From assembly GCA_964586285.1 (NCBI GenBank), contig CAZPHU010000007.1:2339-66338 (forward strand): a stretch of 64,000 nt of DNA, written 5' to 3'. Origin of the DNA: an uncultured Fibrobacterota bacterium. Lineage in GTDB: Bacteria; Fibrobacterota; Chitinivibrionia; Chitinivibrionales; CAYFVL01. Made by a program: the position numbers and the translations under genes. Below are positions 26,376-36,794 of the stretch, one piece after another. The notes under the pieces are model-generated. The model saw nothing but the letters and a program-made list of their open reading frames with translations, was not told the DNA's origin and searched no databases. How positions within the stretch are numbered: position 1 is the first letter of the stretch; each line of letters begins with the position of its first letter.

Positions 26376-26712
26376 AGGCGAAAAATAATACCTCCTACAA
26401 ATTTATGCCACTTAATTACGTTTCTAATTGACGGAAATGAATGAAATCACCTTGAAGATTCGGGTGATAACCCGTTTACCGTAGAAGTTTGCTTGGCGAA
26501 TAGTGCGTTTCTTTTAGATTCTTTTGCATTTTTTACGTTGAATCATACATTTTTATAATGCTGAACTTGGTGGATATTTCTAAATATTTCCGTGCACGGG
26601 CGCTAACCGCCAAAACAAGCATCCAACGAATACCAAGAGTTTCTCGAATGAAAACCTTCCTTTTTACCTGATAAGCCGTCATGCATTCCGCGAATCATTC
26701 AGAAGGCTTGAC

Positions 26713-28149
26713 ATGAAAATTCCATCTATGCTTCCAATAATTATTTCGTTTTTAATGTGTAGTGCCGTTTTAGAGGCAAAAAGCTATACTTTGGACCAAC
26801 TGATTGTAATCGGGCACAAAACATCGCCGGAAATCAAACAGATCAGAAAAGAGATGGAGAAGGTAAATGCCCAAATAGACGAAGCTTATGGGCGAGCTAT
26901 GCCGTCCATTTCCGTATCCGCCAACTACCAGTATGTGCCACAGAGTTTTGATGCCATGACAGCAGGTCTGGGCCAACTGGGAAGCGACGGCATTTCCATG
27001 GAAAGAGCGCTATCTTCGCAAGTAGATGCTGAACCGGGTGCTCTGGCGCTCTCACGTATACTCGATCAGTCTATATTGAATATCACTAATATGCAGACTC
27101 CAAAACAAATGGCCAATATCGGTATTTCCCTTCAACAACCCTTGTTTGCTCAGGGGAAAGTCACCACTGGCCTAAAAATCGCAAAATCTACACAGCGCTC
27201 CCTGGTCTGTAAGATGCAGGATGCCGAGCAGCGTTGCAACGCTCAAATTACCCGACTTTTTTATAATACTCTGCTCGCTGGTGAAAATGTAAAGGTGCAG
27301 AATGAAGCCGAAAAGATCGCACGGGAAACGCATCGACTTGCGATTATTCGACATGCACTTGGAAGTGGTTCGGAGCTGGATACTCTGAGTTCACAACTTC
27401 GTTTGCAACAGATTCAAATCGAAGCGGAAAATGCTCAAAGCGATTATCGTATGGCGGTTGAGTCGCTTATCGAATGGACCGGGATAAAGGATGATCCCGA
27501 TTCCGTTAGGCTATCCGGGAATTTTCCGAAGGGGGAATATGTTATATCGCTTGATGAAGCGTTGGTCCGCATGGAAAGAGACAACAAAGAGCTTGGCCGG
27601 CTGCAAAGCGGTGAACAGATTCACGAACATCTCCTAACCATGAGCAAAACAGATTTTCTTCCAAAGGTATATGCCGGAGCCGCGTTGGGGAAGGTGGCTT
27701 TGTTCGATAGGCAATACCCAATTTCATGGCATGACGATCAGAAGGTTTCCGCGGGTATACAAATGGATTTATTCACAGGTGTGCAAAGACTCAACAGGGT
27801 GCGGCAGGCTCGTGCCGATCTGGAGAGGTTTCGCATTAACCGCAAGGACGTCATAAGCAAACTAAGCCTGGCGGTTAAAAGCACTCACAAGAAGATGCTT
27901 CTTGCGCGTAAGCAGGTGAACCGGACAGAATCAATGATTGCCCTTGCCCAAAAGGGGCATGAAATCGCGAAAAGGGCTTACGAGGTTGGGCAAAAAACTC
28001 TGGTTGAGTTGCAGAATGCCGAATTGCAATTGATGCAGTCGCGAATGGGACATAATGCCGCGCGACTGAATTTTTATATGGCGGTAATAGATCTTCGTTT
28101 GCTTATGGGAGATTTCAATGCAGATTATCGGCAAAGTATTTTGGATTGA
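26713..28149 (+). CDS. TolC-family outer-membrane efflux protein
   Basis: 478 aa. Signal peptide and a two-fold repeated helical/beta organisation typical of OEP/TolC. First gene of a three-gene efflux operon. Confidence 0.85.
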   Translation: MKIPSMLPIIISFLMCSAVLEAKSYTLDQLIVIGHKTSPEIKQIRKEMEKVNAQIDEAYGRAMPSISVSANYQYVPQSFDAMTAGLGQLGSDGISMERALSSQVDAEPGALALSRILDQSILNITNMQTPKQMANIGISLQQPLFAQGKVTTGLKIAKSTQRSLVCKMQDAEQRCNAQITRLFYNTLLAGENVKVQNEAEKIARETHRLAIIRHALGSGSELDTLSSQLRLQQIQIEAENAQSDYRMAVESLIEWTGIKDDPDSVRLSGNFPKGEYVISLDEALVRMERDNKELGRLQSGEQIHEHLLTMSKTDFLPKVYAGAALGKVALFDRQYPISWHDDQKVSAGIQMDLFTGVQRLNRVRQARADLERFRINRKDVISKLSLAVKSTHKKMLLARKQVNRTESMIALAQKGHEIAKRAYEVGQKTLVELQNAELQLMQSRMGHNAARLNFYMAVIDLRLLMGDFNADYRQSILD

Positions 28150-28164
28150 GAAAGCAGGGAGGAT

Positions 28165-29187
28165 ATGCTGAGAGATATGTTCATAACTGGTTGCATGCTT
28201 TTGCTCATACACGCAGGCTGCAAACAAAATGAATTAGAGCAGACTAAAAGCATAACGGAGCTACAGGAAGAAAACGGTTATCCCGTAAGAATTCAGAGAG
28301 CCGCGGTCGATGAGCTTTTCAGGATGGACAGGCAGGGTGGTGTCGTAAAGGGGGTATACCAGACAACGGTTAGCGTGGGAGTGTCGGGCACGATTTCTTC
28401 CTTGAAGGTTGAAACGGGCAGCAGTGTTCGAGCCGGCGGCACATTAGCCACTGTCGATCCCGACGGAGCTTCTCCCTACCTGCTTGCCAAGACTGAGTTT
28501 GAAAATGCAAAGAAGAGTTACGAACGGATACAGGCACTAGAGAAAGCTGGAGGAGTTTCCCAAGATGTGCTGGATCAGATAGAGGCCAGGTACGATGTTG
28601 CGGCAGAAAACCTGAGCGCGGCGCGCAAAACCGTAAACATAACAGCTCCCTTCTCAGGGGTCGTTCTTGATGTTATGGAAAGGTTGAACAGCAAAGTTGG
28701 GCCGGGTACGATGATCGCAAAAATCGCAAAGGTCGATGAGGTCGCGGTTGAGTTATCTGTTAACGAGGCAGTTATCAATGAATATTCCGAAGGGCAAAAC
28801 GCCTTTGTCATTTTGGATGATGATACTCTCTGGGGGGAGGTCTCGAAGATTGGAGCCGGGGCAAACGAGCATACACATGCATTCCCGGTGACAGTATCCT
28901 TTAACAACCATAAAAGGCTCCTGAAGCCCGGAACGTTTGTTACTGTCGGGGTCATTACCGCTCAAAAACAGGCGATGATATTACCGATGGATATAATACA
29001 AATGGATGATAATGGGGCTTTTGTTTTTCGTGTATCTGACGGCAAGGCTCATTACGTTCCCATCAAATTGGGAATTCGGGGCGATAACGGTTATGAGATT
29101 ACCAGCGGAATAAAAGAGGGCGATTTGATAGTATTACAAGGCGCGGGCCTGCTTAATGATGGTGTCAAAATACGAATCGTTGATTGA
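28165..29187 (+). CDS. RND efflux periplasmic adaptor (membrane fusion protein, HlyD family) lipoprotein
   Basis: 340 aa. Lipobox LIHAGC, coiled-coil hairpin region, lipoyl-like and beta-barrel segments. Good RBS (GGGAGGA). Confidence 0.85.
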   Translation: MLRDMFITGCMLLLIHAGCKQNELEQTKSITELQEENGYPVRIQRAAVDELFRMDRQGGVVKGVYQTTVSVGVSGTISSLKVETGSSVRAGGTLATVDPDGASPYLLAKTEFENAKKSYERIQALEKAGGVSQDVLDQIEARYDVAAENLSAARKTVNITAPFSGVVLDVMERLNSKVGPGTMIAKIAKVDEVAVELSVNEAVINEYSEGQNAFVILDDDTLWGEVSKIGAGANEHTHAFPVTVSFNNHKRLLKPGTFVTVGVITAQKQAMILPMDIIQMDDNGAFVFRVSDGKAHYVPIKLGIRGDNGYEITSGIKEGDLIVLQGAGLLNDGVKIRIVD

Positions 29188-29238
29188 ATATTGCCCGGCA
29201 TTAATTGGCGGCATTTTTTTGGGAAACAGGATTAAACC

Positions 29239-32200
29239 ATGGTATTAGCACATACGAGTATACGTAAGCCACTTTCCATTATAATGGTAATTTTGGCTCT
29301 TGTGCTTTTTGGTTTGTACAGTTTTATGCGGTTACCGGTCGATCTGATGCCTGAGATGGACCTGCCGTATGTTACTGTGCAGGCGATCTATCCGGGTGCC
29401 GGTCCCCAAGAGATCGAAACATCGGTAATTAAGCCTGTAGAAGAGCAGATGACCACGATTGCCGGTTTGAAGAATATAACCTCCTACTGCATGGAGGGGC
29501 TTGGGTATGTGGTGCTTGAATTTGATATGGCAATTGAGGCCGATTTCGCAGCTATAGAAGTTAAGGATAAAATTGACGCGATTCTATATCAGTTGCCAAA
29601 CGATCTGGAACGGCCTGTCATCCAGAAATTTGATCCCGGTGACGAACCGGTCATGAGGGTGGCTCTTATTGGGCCGGCATCCCCCGAGCGCCTTCGGGAA
29701 CTGGCCGAGCAGGACATAAAAGAGCGCCTCGTGAGGATAGCCGGGGTAGCAAATATCGAAATCCAGGGTGGACGTGAACGGGAAATCCAAATAAATCTGA
29801 GCAAAGAGAAAATGGATGCCCATAACTTATCCATTTTCCAGATTTATCCTCTGATTGGGGCTCAGAGCGCAAACTTTCCGGCGGGGCAGATCACAGGCGC
29901 TTTTCGCGAATACACCGTCAGGGTACAGGGGGAGTTCACATCGGTTGAAGATATCGCTAATATTTCGATTCCCGTGATGAAAATGGGCAGAGAACCGGTG
30001 CAGTATAACATACTGCTGTCGGATATCGCCGAGGTTACCGATTCGTATGCAGAAGTTCGGGAGAAGGCACGTTTTGATGCGCGGGAGGCCGTTAACCTTT
30101 CTATTCAGAAGCGCCCCGATGCAAATACGGTCGAAGTGGCGAAAAGCATAATGAATCAAGTTACCGCCATTAATCATGAATTGGCGGAGGGCTTTGAGCT
30201 TCAAATCGCCCAGGACCGCTCCGCTTTCATTCGCGATTCTGTGAATGATACATACAGCAGTATGGCCTTGGGGATCATACTAACATCACTGATACTTCTT
30301 TTGTTTCTTTATGACTGGAAGTTGATGCTTATTGCAGCGATTACAATGCCGGCATCTGTAATAATAGCGCTCACCGCAATGGATGCATCGGGATTTTCGC
30401 TGAATATTGTTACTTTGATGGCTTTGAGCATTTCGGTGGGAATTCTGGTTACGAATGCCATCATTGTGCTTGAAAACATAGTACGTGTTCGAAATACCGG
30501 CGTCTCTGTTCAACAGGCAGCCGAGAAGGGCACGAGCGAAATTGCGGTTGCCGTTTTGGCGTCGGCTTTGACCAATCTGGCGGTCTTTATACCAGTTGCA
30601 ACAACCGGAGGCATTACGGGCAGCGTTTTTAAATCTCTGGGTCTGACTATCGTCTTTGCCACCGTTGCTTCTCTGTTACTATCCTTCACCCTTACTCCGC
30701 TTATGGCATCAAAGATGCTTTCGGCTCGAAACACTCAAACCGGCAAAGATCATATTATAGAGCGGTTTATGAAGAGGCTGGTGGAGGCTTACGGGCAAGT
30801 TCTGCATTCAATTGTTTACAGCAGAATCCAAATCTCGGTAGTAATATTAGTAACTGTTGTTTTGTTTGGTACTTCTCTATTTGTAATTGCACCTCGAATC
30901 GGCAGTGAGTTTATGGCTCAAGGTGATCAGGGATATATGACCATAGATGTCGAGCTGCCCCCCGGAACTCCGTTGCATCAGACCGACACGATTATGTCCA
31001 TAATCGAAAAAAGGGTGCGAGAGTTGCCTGAAGTAGAGGCGATAGTTACGTCGATTGGAGGAAGCGGTGTAAACACTGGAGTATATTTCGGGCAGATAAT
31101 CGCGCGACTTGTTGACGGCTCCAAAAGGAAGAGATCCACCGATGAGGTTATCGCAGCTTTTCGGCCTAGTTTGATTGATCTGCCCGATGCGCGAATATTC
31201 GTATATCCCATGAAAACAATGGGCGGACCAGGGGAGGCGGATATACAGGTCGAAGTATCCGGAGCTGATCTTAACACTGTGCTTGCCCTGACTGATTCCG
31301 TAAGAGCTAAGATGAAAAATGTTGGGGGACTTACCGATATAAAATTATCCTGGAAGGGGCCCAAACCGGAAATTCAAATAATTCCCGATCGTAGGCGTCT
31401 GGAACATTACGGCCTTAGTCCAAATACTGCCGCTGCTCTCACAGTTGAGGCATTAGGCGGTTTGATGCGTTTCTCCATGACCGGTCACGATGAAGCATTG
31501 TTTCGGGAGGGTAATGAAGATTACCCGATTAGAGTACAACTTTCTCACAGGGACCGCAACACGATACAAGAGATTGAAAATCTGACTGTTCCCACCAGGC
31601 TGGGAATGGTTCCCGTCAAATCTCTGGCAAAAGTTACATTCGCCGACGGCGCAGCCTCGATCACCAGGAAAAACCGACAACGCATGGTATCGGTCATGGC
31701 AAATGTATCGCAAGGATCAACCGGAGGGAAAGTTTCGCAACTTGATAAATCGTTTCAATCGATAAACCTTGAATCTGGCTATTCCGTTGGATTCGGCGGG
31801 GATCAGGATATGATGCGAGAATCCAATCAGCAGCTGATCATAGCGGGACTTCTGGCAATCATTCTAACTTACATGGTTCTCGCTGGGATTTTGGAATCGC
31901 TGCTTATGGCGTTGGTGATATGGCTTACCCTCCCGCTTGGACTTATTGGTGTGGTCTGGGCACTGTTTCTGACCGGCAACACTTTCAGTATGATATCCAA
32001 TATGTCCATTATCATGCTTATAGGAATCGTTGTAAATAATGCTATACTGCTCATAGACTATGCGCGCCAACTTCGGGCCGAAAGGGGATTATCTTCTCGA
32101 GACGCAATTGTCGAGGCCGGTAAGACCAAGTTGAAGGCAATTATTATGATGAATCTGGCAATTGTATTAGCGATGATCCCTCAGGCGCTTGCATTAGGAA

Positions 32201-32343
32201 GCGGTGGTCAAATCAGGGCACCGTTTGCAATAACAGCCATAGGAGGGGTTCTGGTCTCGACTGCTTTGACATTTTTCATCATTCCCGCCTTATATGTTAT
32301 AACCGAACACAAGAAGGTTGAATCGTCTGGCGAGCAGAACTAA
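29239..32343 (+). CDS. RND efflux transporter permease (AcrB/HAE family)
   Basis: 1034 aa with the 12-TM plus two large periplasmic loops layout and typical AcrB-family sequence blocks. Confidence 0.95.
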   Translation: MVLAHTSIRKPLSIIMVILALVLFGLYSFMRLPVDLMPEMDLPYVTVQAIYPGAGPQEIETSVIKPVEEQMTTIAGLKNITSYCMEGLGYVVLEFDMAIEADFAAIEVKDKIDAILYQLPNDLERPVIQKFDPGDEPVMRVALIGPASPERLRELAEQDIKERLVRIAGVANIEIQGGREREIQINLSKEKMDAHNLSIFQIYPLIGAQSANFPAGQITGAFREYTVRVQGEFTSVEDIANISIPVMKMGREPVQYNILLSDIAEVTDSYAEVREKARFDAREAVNLSIQKRPDANTVEVAKSIMNQVTAINHELAEGFELQIAQDRSAFIRDSVNDTYSSMALGIILTSLILLLFLYDWKLMLIAAITMPASVIIALTAMDASGFSLNIVTLMALSISVGILVTNAIIVLENIVRVRNTGVSVQQAAEKGTSEIAVAVLASALTNLAVFIPVATTGGITGSVFKSLGLTIVFATVASLLLSFTLTPLMASKMLSARNTQTGKDHIIERFMKRLVEAYGQVLHSIVYSRIQISVVILVTVVLFGTSLFVIAPRIGSEFMAQGDQGYMTIDVELPPGTPLHQTDTIMSIIEKRVRELPEVEAIVTSIGGSGVNTGVYFGQIIARLVDGSKRKRSTDEVIAAFRPSLIDLPDARIFVYPMKTMGGPGEADIQVEVSGADLNTVLALTDSVRAKMKNVGGLTDIKLSWKGPKPEIQIIPDRRRLEHYGLSPNTAAALTVEALGGLMRFSMTGHDEALFREGNEDYPIRVQLSHRDRNTIQEIENLTVPTRLGMVPVKSLAKVTFADGAASITRKNRQRMVSVMANVSQGSTGGKVSQLDKSFQSINLESGYSVGFGGDQDMMRESNQQLIIAGLLAIILTYMVLAGILESLLMALVIWLTLPLGLIGVVWALFLTGNTFSMISNMSIIMLIGIVVNNAILLIDYARQLRAERGLSSRDAIVEAGKTKLKAIIMMNLAIVLAMIPQALALGSGGQIRAPFAITAIGGVLVSTALTFFIIPALYVITEHKKVESSGEQN

Positions 32344-32353
32344 TCTCAGACTA

Positions 32354-32374
32354 AAAAGCGTGTTTGCCGCTTTT
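32354..32374 (+). terminator. weak terminator-like hairpin after the RND operon
   Basis: AAAAGCG (32354-32360), 7-nt loop, CGCTTTT (32368-32374). AU-rich stem, so weak. Confidence 0.3.
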
Positions 32375-32529
32375 ACAGCTTTGCGGCTACTTGTTGAGCG
32401 GTGATCGAGAAAGAATCAATGGGGGCGGATTTTGAAGGTTTTCCCAAACAGCTTATCCGGCAATACTATATTAACATCTAGTCGGCTGTTTTTATTAATA
32501 GTTTAAACAAACGAGTCTGTTTTTAATTT

Positions 32530-33684
32530 ATGACTACACGTGTAAAGTATACCACGCCGGTTGTGAAACTCGCTCTGGAGAGGAAATGGATTTCGGAGGA
32601 GCAGTTCAATGAATGTAAGGCCCTGCTGCGAAAGAGCAATAAAATTGGTTTGGAGTCCACAATCGAGGAGATCTTCCTCAAACAGGGGGTTTTAAGCCAA
32701 CAACAGCTTGATGAACTGGTCCAGCTGAGCGATTTAACTGAAAAGGGTTCGCTTTTTGGAGCGTATCGACTCGGTGAGATGCTTGGACAGGGTGGAATGG
32801 GAAAAGTATACGAGGCGCTTCATGAGCTTATGAACCGGGAAGTGGCAATTAAGGTACTAAATTATAATTATACTCGAGACCAGAATAATCTTACCCGTTT
32901 TTTGCAGGAAATACGTGCCTTAGCCAAATTGAATCACACCAACGTCGTACAGATCTTCGACGCCGGTAAGGTCAAACGTCGTTTTTTTTTCGCAATGGAG
33001 CTTGTGCACGGCAATTCTTTACAACAATGTGTCGAGCAAAATGGTATTTTAAATGAACGTCAGGCGCTTAGGTTAATCAGACAGACTGCTCAGGCGCTGG
33101 CTTTTGCTCACGGCAAAGATATCATTCACCGCGACGTTAAGCCGGAAAACATTCTTATAAATAAGGATGGTGAAGCGAAGCTGACCGACTTTGGTGTAGT
33201 GATGCATCAGGATGCGGATCACATGACCCTCACAAAAGAAGGGTTCATGGTAGGATCTGTCTATTACGCATCTCCCGAGCAAATTCAGGGAGAGCGAAAT
33301 ATTGACGGGCGATGCGACATATACGCTCTTGGAGCCACTTTTTATTTCGCGCTGACCGGAAGAACCGTTTATACCGGCTCAAACGTTCAGGAGATACTTC
33401 GTAAGCATGTGTTTGGTACATGGGTATCTCCTCGAAGATACAACAAAAGAATCAGTCGTTCGACTGCCGCTATCATCAAAAAAATGATGAATCGCAATCG
33501 GGATAAACGGTATCAAAGGATGGAGGATGTTATTAAAGCGATAGATAACCGTGGTAGATTAAATAGATACGGATTAATCTTTTTTGCTGTTCTTTTGGTT
33601 ACATTTATACTTGTATTTATCGGAATGGCAATCGAGATGAATTACGAACCATTGAAAATGTTTGCGACATATCTGACACAATAG
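32530..33684 (+). CDS. Ser/Thr protein kinase, C-terminally membrane-anchored
   Basis: 384 aa. GQGGMGKVY, AIKVL, HRDVKPENIL, DFG and SPEQ motifs. Single TM helix near the C-terminus (LIFFAVLLVTFILVFIGMAI). Confidence 0.9.
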   Translation: MTTRVKYTTPVVKLALERKWISEEQFNECKALLRKSNKIGLESTIEEIFLKQGVLSQQQLDELVQLSDLTEKGSLFGAYRLGEMLGQGGMGKVYEALHELMNREVAIKVLNYNYTRDQNNLTRFLQEIRALAKLNHTNVVQIFDAGKVKRRFFFAMELVHGNSLQQCVEQNGILNERQALRLIRQTAQALAFAHGKDIIHRDVKPENILINKDGEAKLTDFGVVMHQDADHMTLTKEGFMVGSVYYASPEQIQGERNIDGRCDIYALGATFYFALTGRTVYTGSNVQEILRKHVFGTWVSPRRYNKRISRSTAAIIKKMMNRNRDKRYQRMEDVIKAIDNRGRLNRYGLIFFAVLLVTFILVFIGMAIEMNYEPLKMFATYLTQ

Positions 33685-33739
33685 ATTCAATTCAAAAGTC
33701 GTTCTTTACAGTTTGTTACACAAAAAAGGAGGGGGAGAA

Positions 33740-34627
33740 ATGATCTCCATGAAACATTTACTGATCGCCGGTGGTTTGGCTGCGGCAATAGGTCTGGCCG
33801 GATGCGGTATGAACGAGGAGCAACTCGCGGATGCTGAAAAGCGCATCGAAGCTTTGACCGCTAAGGGTGTTCCGGACAGTGTTCTTTCCAAGTCAAAGAT
33901 CTTTTTGTATCAAGTTCGTGACTCACAAAAGCGTGGTGGTTCCGGTGGAGGACATGCAAGAAAAAACGCGGATTCTTTAATCATCACCCTTGAAGCAGCC
34001 GAACAGTGGTATGCCCAACAGATGGAAAAGCTTAAACCGGCTGTAGCTTCCCTGCGTGAGAAAGTAAACGCGGCCAAGAGTGATCTGAGCGGCTTGCACC
34101 TAAGAACTGCGGACAGTATCATCGCGGTTGCCGATTCCTTCGCCACCAAAAACTGGATGCTGCAGGCAAATGATAACTTGGTTCACTTGGACTCTTTAAT
34201 GGATTATTTGCATGAGAGTCAAAAAAAATCAAAAGATATCAAGAAAAAAATTGCAGGTTATACATGGGTCAGCGACATGGTTGCCGACGGGCCGGGACTT
34301 AACGCACGTGAGGTTCGCACATACAAGTTCAACAGAAACGGTGACATTTATATAGACGAATGGAAAAGAGGAAAAAGTACCGAATACCTCAAGGAAGACT
34401 GGCGTTTTACATCGTGGGGGACCTACGATGTTAAAAACGATACGATTTTCTTTCAGATATCCCGTGAGAAATGTCCAAAACAGATCTTCTGGAATTTCCA
34501 TCACAAAGAAAAGAGATGGATCAAAGAGGATAAACCTACTTACGATAACGAAATCACCGACGGCAGCAAGGATCGCCATATGACCTTTGAGGATTTGCAG
34601 GTCGGTTTTCAGAGAAGAAGATCATAG
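33740..34627 (+). CDS. hypothetical lipoprotein
   Basis: ATG at 33740 preceded by AAGGAGGGGG. Lipobox GLAGC. Coiled-coil N-terminal half and beta-rich C-terminal half, no recognisable family. Confidence 0.6.
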   Translation: MISMKHLLIAGGLAAAIGLAGCGMNEEQLADAEKRIEALTAKGVPDSVLSKSKIFLYQVRDSQKRGGSGGGHARKNADSLIITLEAAEQWYAQQMEKLKPAVASLREKVNAAKSDLSGLHLRTADSIIAVADSFATKNWMLQANDNLVHLDSLMDYLHESQKKSKDIKKKIAGYTWVSDMVADGPGLNAREVRTYKFNRNGDIYIDEWKRGKSTEYLKEDWRFTSWGTYDVKNDTIFFQISREKCPKQIFWNFHHKEKRWIKEDKPTYDNEITDGSKDRHMTFEDLQVGFQRRRS

Positions 34628-34663
34628 CCGATCGTCCTCTACTATTAAACTTCTTTAATGATT

Positions 34664-34695
34664 ATGCACCGTCATTTGGCGGTGCATATTTTTTC
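34664..34695 (+). terminator. Rho-independent terminator
   Basis: Perfect 8-bp stem ATGCACCG/CGGTGCAT with an 8-nt loop, followed by ATTTTTTC. Confidence 0.7.
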
Positions 34696-34752
34696 AGGTG
34701 TGGTTAGATTGTGTGCATATAAGACTCGACAGAAACAACTCTGAGAAGCTAT

Positions 34753-35754
34753 ATGAATTCTGATAGTGCTTTTCCCTTATACCTTTTAGGTAAACAAAAG
34801 GTATTTGAGTCGGACAAAATATCGGAAGAGCAACTGCTCGATTTCTATGGTGAAGCATTCAACTGCATCAATCAGATCGAGGCCACTCATTCTCTAGTAC
34901 GCAGAATCGCTTACGAGTGCAAGATAGATAGTAATCGTAATTTGATCTTTATTGGGTATCAGGTTCGTGATCCCGGGACTCTTTCTGAAGGATTAGTCTG
35001 CTGGACTCTCGGCACAGATACGCTCAATGTTTTACAGTTTCGCGGTACCCGTCCGGTGCAAAGGGTTGTTCCACTCAAGTGGAGCTGGCTTGAGGCGGTT
35101 GAATTGCTGGGGGAAAGATGGATTTATGGAGATTTTAAGGTCTCGGGTTTGACATTTTTGGATCCTGTTGAAAGCACCGACGATATGGAATGCTGGATGT
35201 CTTTCAATTTATTTGAAGATAGAACCCGAACGTATAAGAATGGCGACCAAATCCAACTTTCGAAGTATGATCCCCAATGGCCTTTAGCCTATGTTACCTT
35301 TTCAGAATGGTTGAAAACGTATTTCGGCACAACTCTGATCAAACGGACCGAGCACTTCGGAAGTACCGCCATTCCAATGACTTGGGCCAAACCGATTATT
35401 GATATACTGGTAGAGGTTCCTTCTTTTGCACTTGCTCGAAAGCTCATGCTGCCCAAACTTCCGGAAAACTGGGAGTATTGCTGGTATAACAATCACATGA
35501 TGCTAATAAGGCGTGACTCATTTATGGGTAAACGGACGCATCATTTACACATTGCTCCTTCGGGGCATCACATATGGGAGCGACTCTTCTTCAGAGATTA
35601 CCTTCGTTCTCACCCACAGGAGGCTCAAAGATACAGTGCCCTAAAAAAGCAGATCGTGACAAAGTATAGCAGCGATCGCGAACGTTATACCTGGTCCAAG
35701 GGAGATTTTGTGCGAGAAGTGACCGCAAAGGCACTTCGATGGGCCAACCGATAA
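34753..35754 (+). CDS. GrpB-family (UPF0157, nucleotidyltransferase-fold) protein with ~165-aa uncharacterised N-terminal extension
   Basis: From about residue 166, the C-terminal half shows GrpB hallmarks (HFGSTAIP...KPIIDILV...HHLHI...FRDYLRSHPQEAQRYSALK). The N-terminal part has no motif I recognise. Confidence 0.7.
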   Translation: MNSDSAFPLYLLGKQKVFESDKISEEQLLDFYGEAFNCINQIEATHSLVRRIAYECKIDSNRNLIFIGYQVRDPGTLSEGLVCWTLGTDTLNVLQFRGTRPVQRVVPLKWSWLEAVELLGERWIYGDFKVSGLTFLDPVESTDDMECWMSFNLFEDRTRTYKNGDQIQLSKYDPQWPLAYVTFSEWLKTYFGTTLIKRTEHFGSTAIPMTWAKPIIDILVEVPSFALARKLMLPKLPENWEYCWYNNHMMLIRRDSFMGKRTHHLHIAPSGHHIWERLFFRDYLRSHPQEAQRYSALKKQIVTKYSSDRERYTWSKGDFVREVTAKALRWANR

Positions 35755-35758
35755 CACC

Positions 35759-36718
35759 TTAAGCCTTTTTCAAACCCAACCCTTCTATCATACAGTCGTC
35801 TGAATCCACGCTGTCGCCCGATGTGGTAAGATAATCTCCGCTGATATAACCGTTTGCACCGGCAAAAAACATCATGCCCTGAAGTTTTCCGAGGTTTATT
35901 TCTCTGCCGCCACATACTTTTATGTTTTTATCCGGCAGCCCGATTCGAAAAAGAGCAATTATTTTCAGAAATTCCAGCGCACTCTCCTTTGGACGGCTTA
36001 ACCTGGTTCCCTCTATGGCATTAAGGAAATTGATCGGAACCGTATCGACATCGAGGGCCCGAAGCTCCATGCAAAGATCTTTGCGATCTTGCCAGCTCTC
36101 ACCCATGCCGAATATCCCTCCGCAACAGACCGACATTCCGGCGGCTTTGGCCCTTCTGACCGTCTCGATTCGTTGATCGTAGGTATGAGTGCTTACGATT
36201 TTGTTGAAATGTCTTCTGCCGGTCTCAAGATTGTGATTGTAACATACCACGCCCGCTTTTTTTAGCTGCTCGAACTCATCTTCGGAAAGTATACCCAAAG
36301 ATGCATGAACGGGAGCCTTGAGCGAGGAGAGCGTGTCGGCCAATTCTTTTAAATCCACAGGCGAAAGCTTCCTTCCGCTGGATACCACCCCGAATGCGAG
36401 GTCGCGTCTTGCCGCTGCGGAATAAGCCTTTAAAATTTCGCTGCTTTCGGACATGGGTTTGACCGTAACCGTCGCGCTGTTGTGGGAAGATTGGGAACAG
36501 AAGGCGCAGTCCTCGCCACATCCGCCGGATTTGATGTTCATTATGGCGCATGGACTTACGGTATCGTAAAAAAAATGCCTTCGTATCTGGTCTGTGCATG
36601 CAAACAGGATTGAAAGCTTGTCTTCGGGCCAGTTGATCACGGTTTGAAGATCAGTTTCGGTTGTTTGTTTGATCACGGCGTTCTCAAAAAGTCTGTCAGC
36701 GCGGCTAAAAAAAGACAT
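35759..36718 (-). CDS. bioB: biotin synthase
   Basis: Radical-SAM motif GGCGEDCAFCSQS and full-length BioB-like sequence. ATG at 36718 preferred over the GTG at 36724 in the track. Confidence 0.95.
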   Translation of the reverse strand: MSFFSRADRLFENAVIKQTTETDLQTVINWPEDKLSILFACTDQIRRHFFYDTVSPCAIMNIKSGGCGEDCAFCSQSSHNSATVTVKPMSESSEILKAYSAAARRDLAFGVVSSGRKLSPVDLKELADTLSSLKAPVHASLGILSEDEFEQLKKAGVVCYNHNLETGRRHFNKIVSTHTYDQRIETVRRAKAAGMSVCCGGIFGMGESWQDRKDLCMELRALDVDTVPINFLNAIEGTRLSRPKESALEFLKIIALFRIGLPDKNIKVCGGREINLGKLQGMMFFAGANGYISGDYLTTSGDSVDSDDCMIEGLGLKKA

Positions 36719-36794
36719 ACACACCTCAAATCGAAGAAATACAAGACACGATAGAAAATTCTAAACTTGGCCATTCCCACACATTTCGATTACT

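Noticed and set aside
29584-31713. Many 60-130-aa ORFs antisense to the RND permease (similar ones sit inside proA, proB, the patatin gene, bioF, glyQS and others)
   Set aside because: They lie wholly inside strongly supported long genes on the opposite strand. This is typical shadow-ORF behaviour with no independent support.
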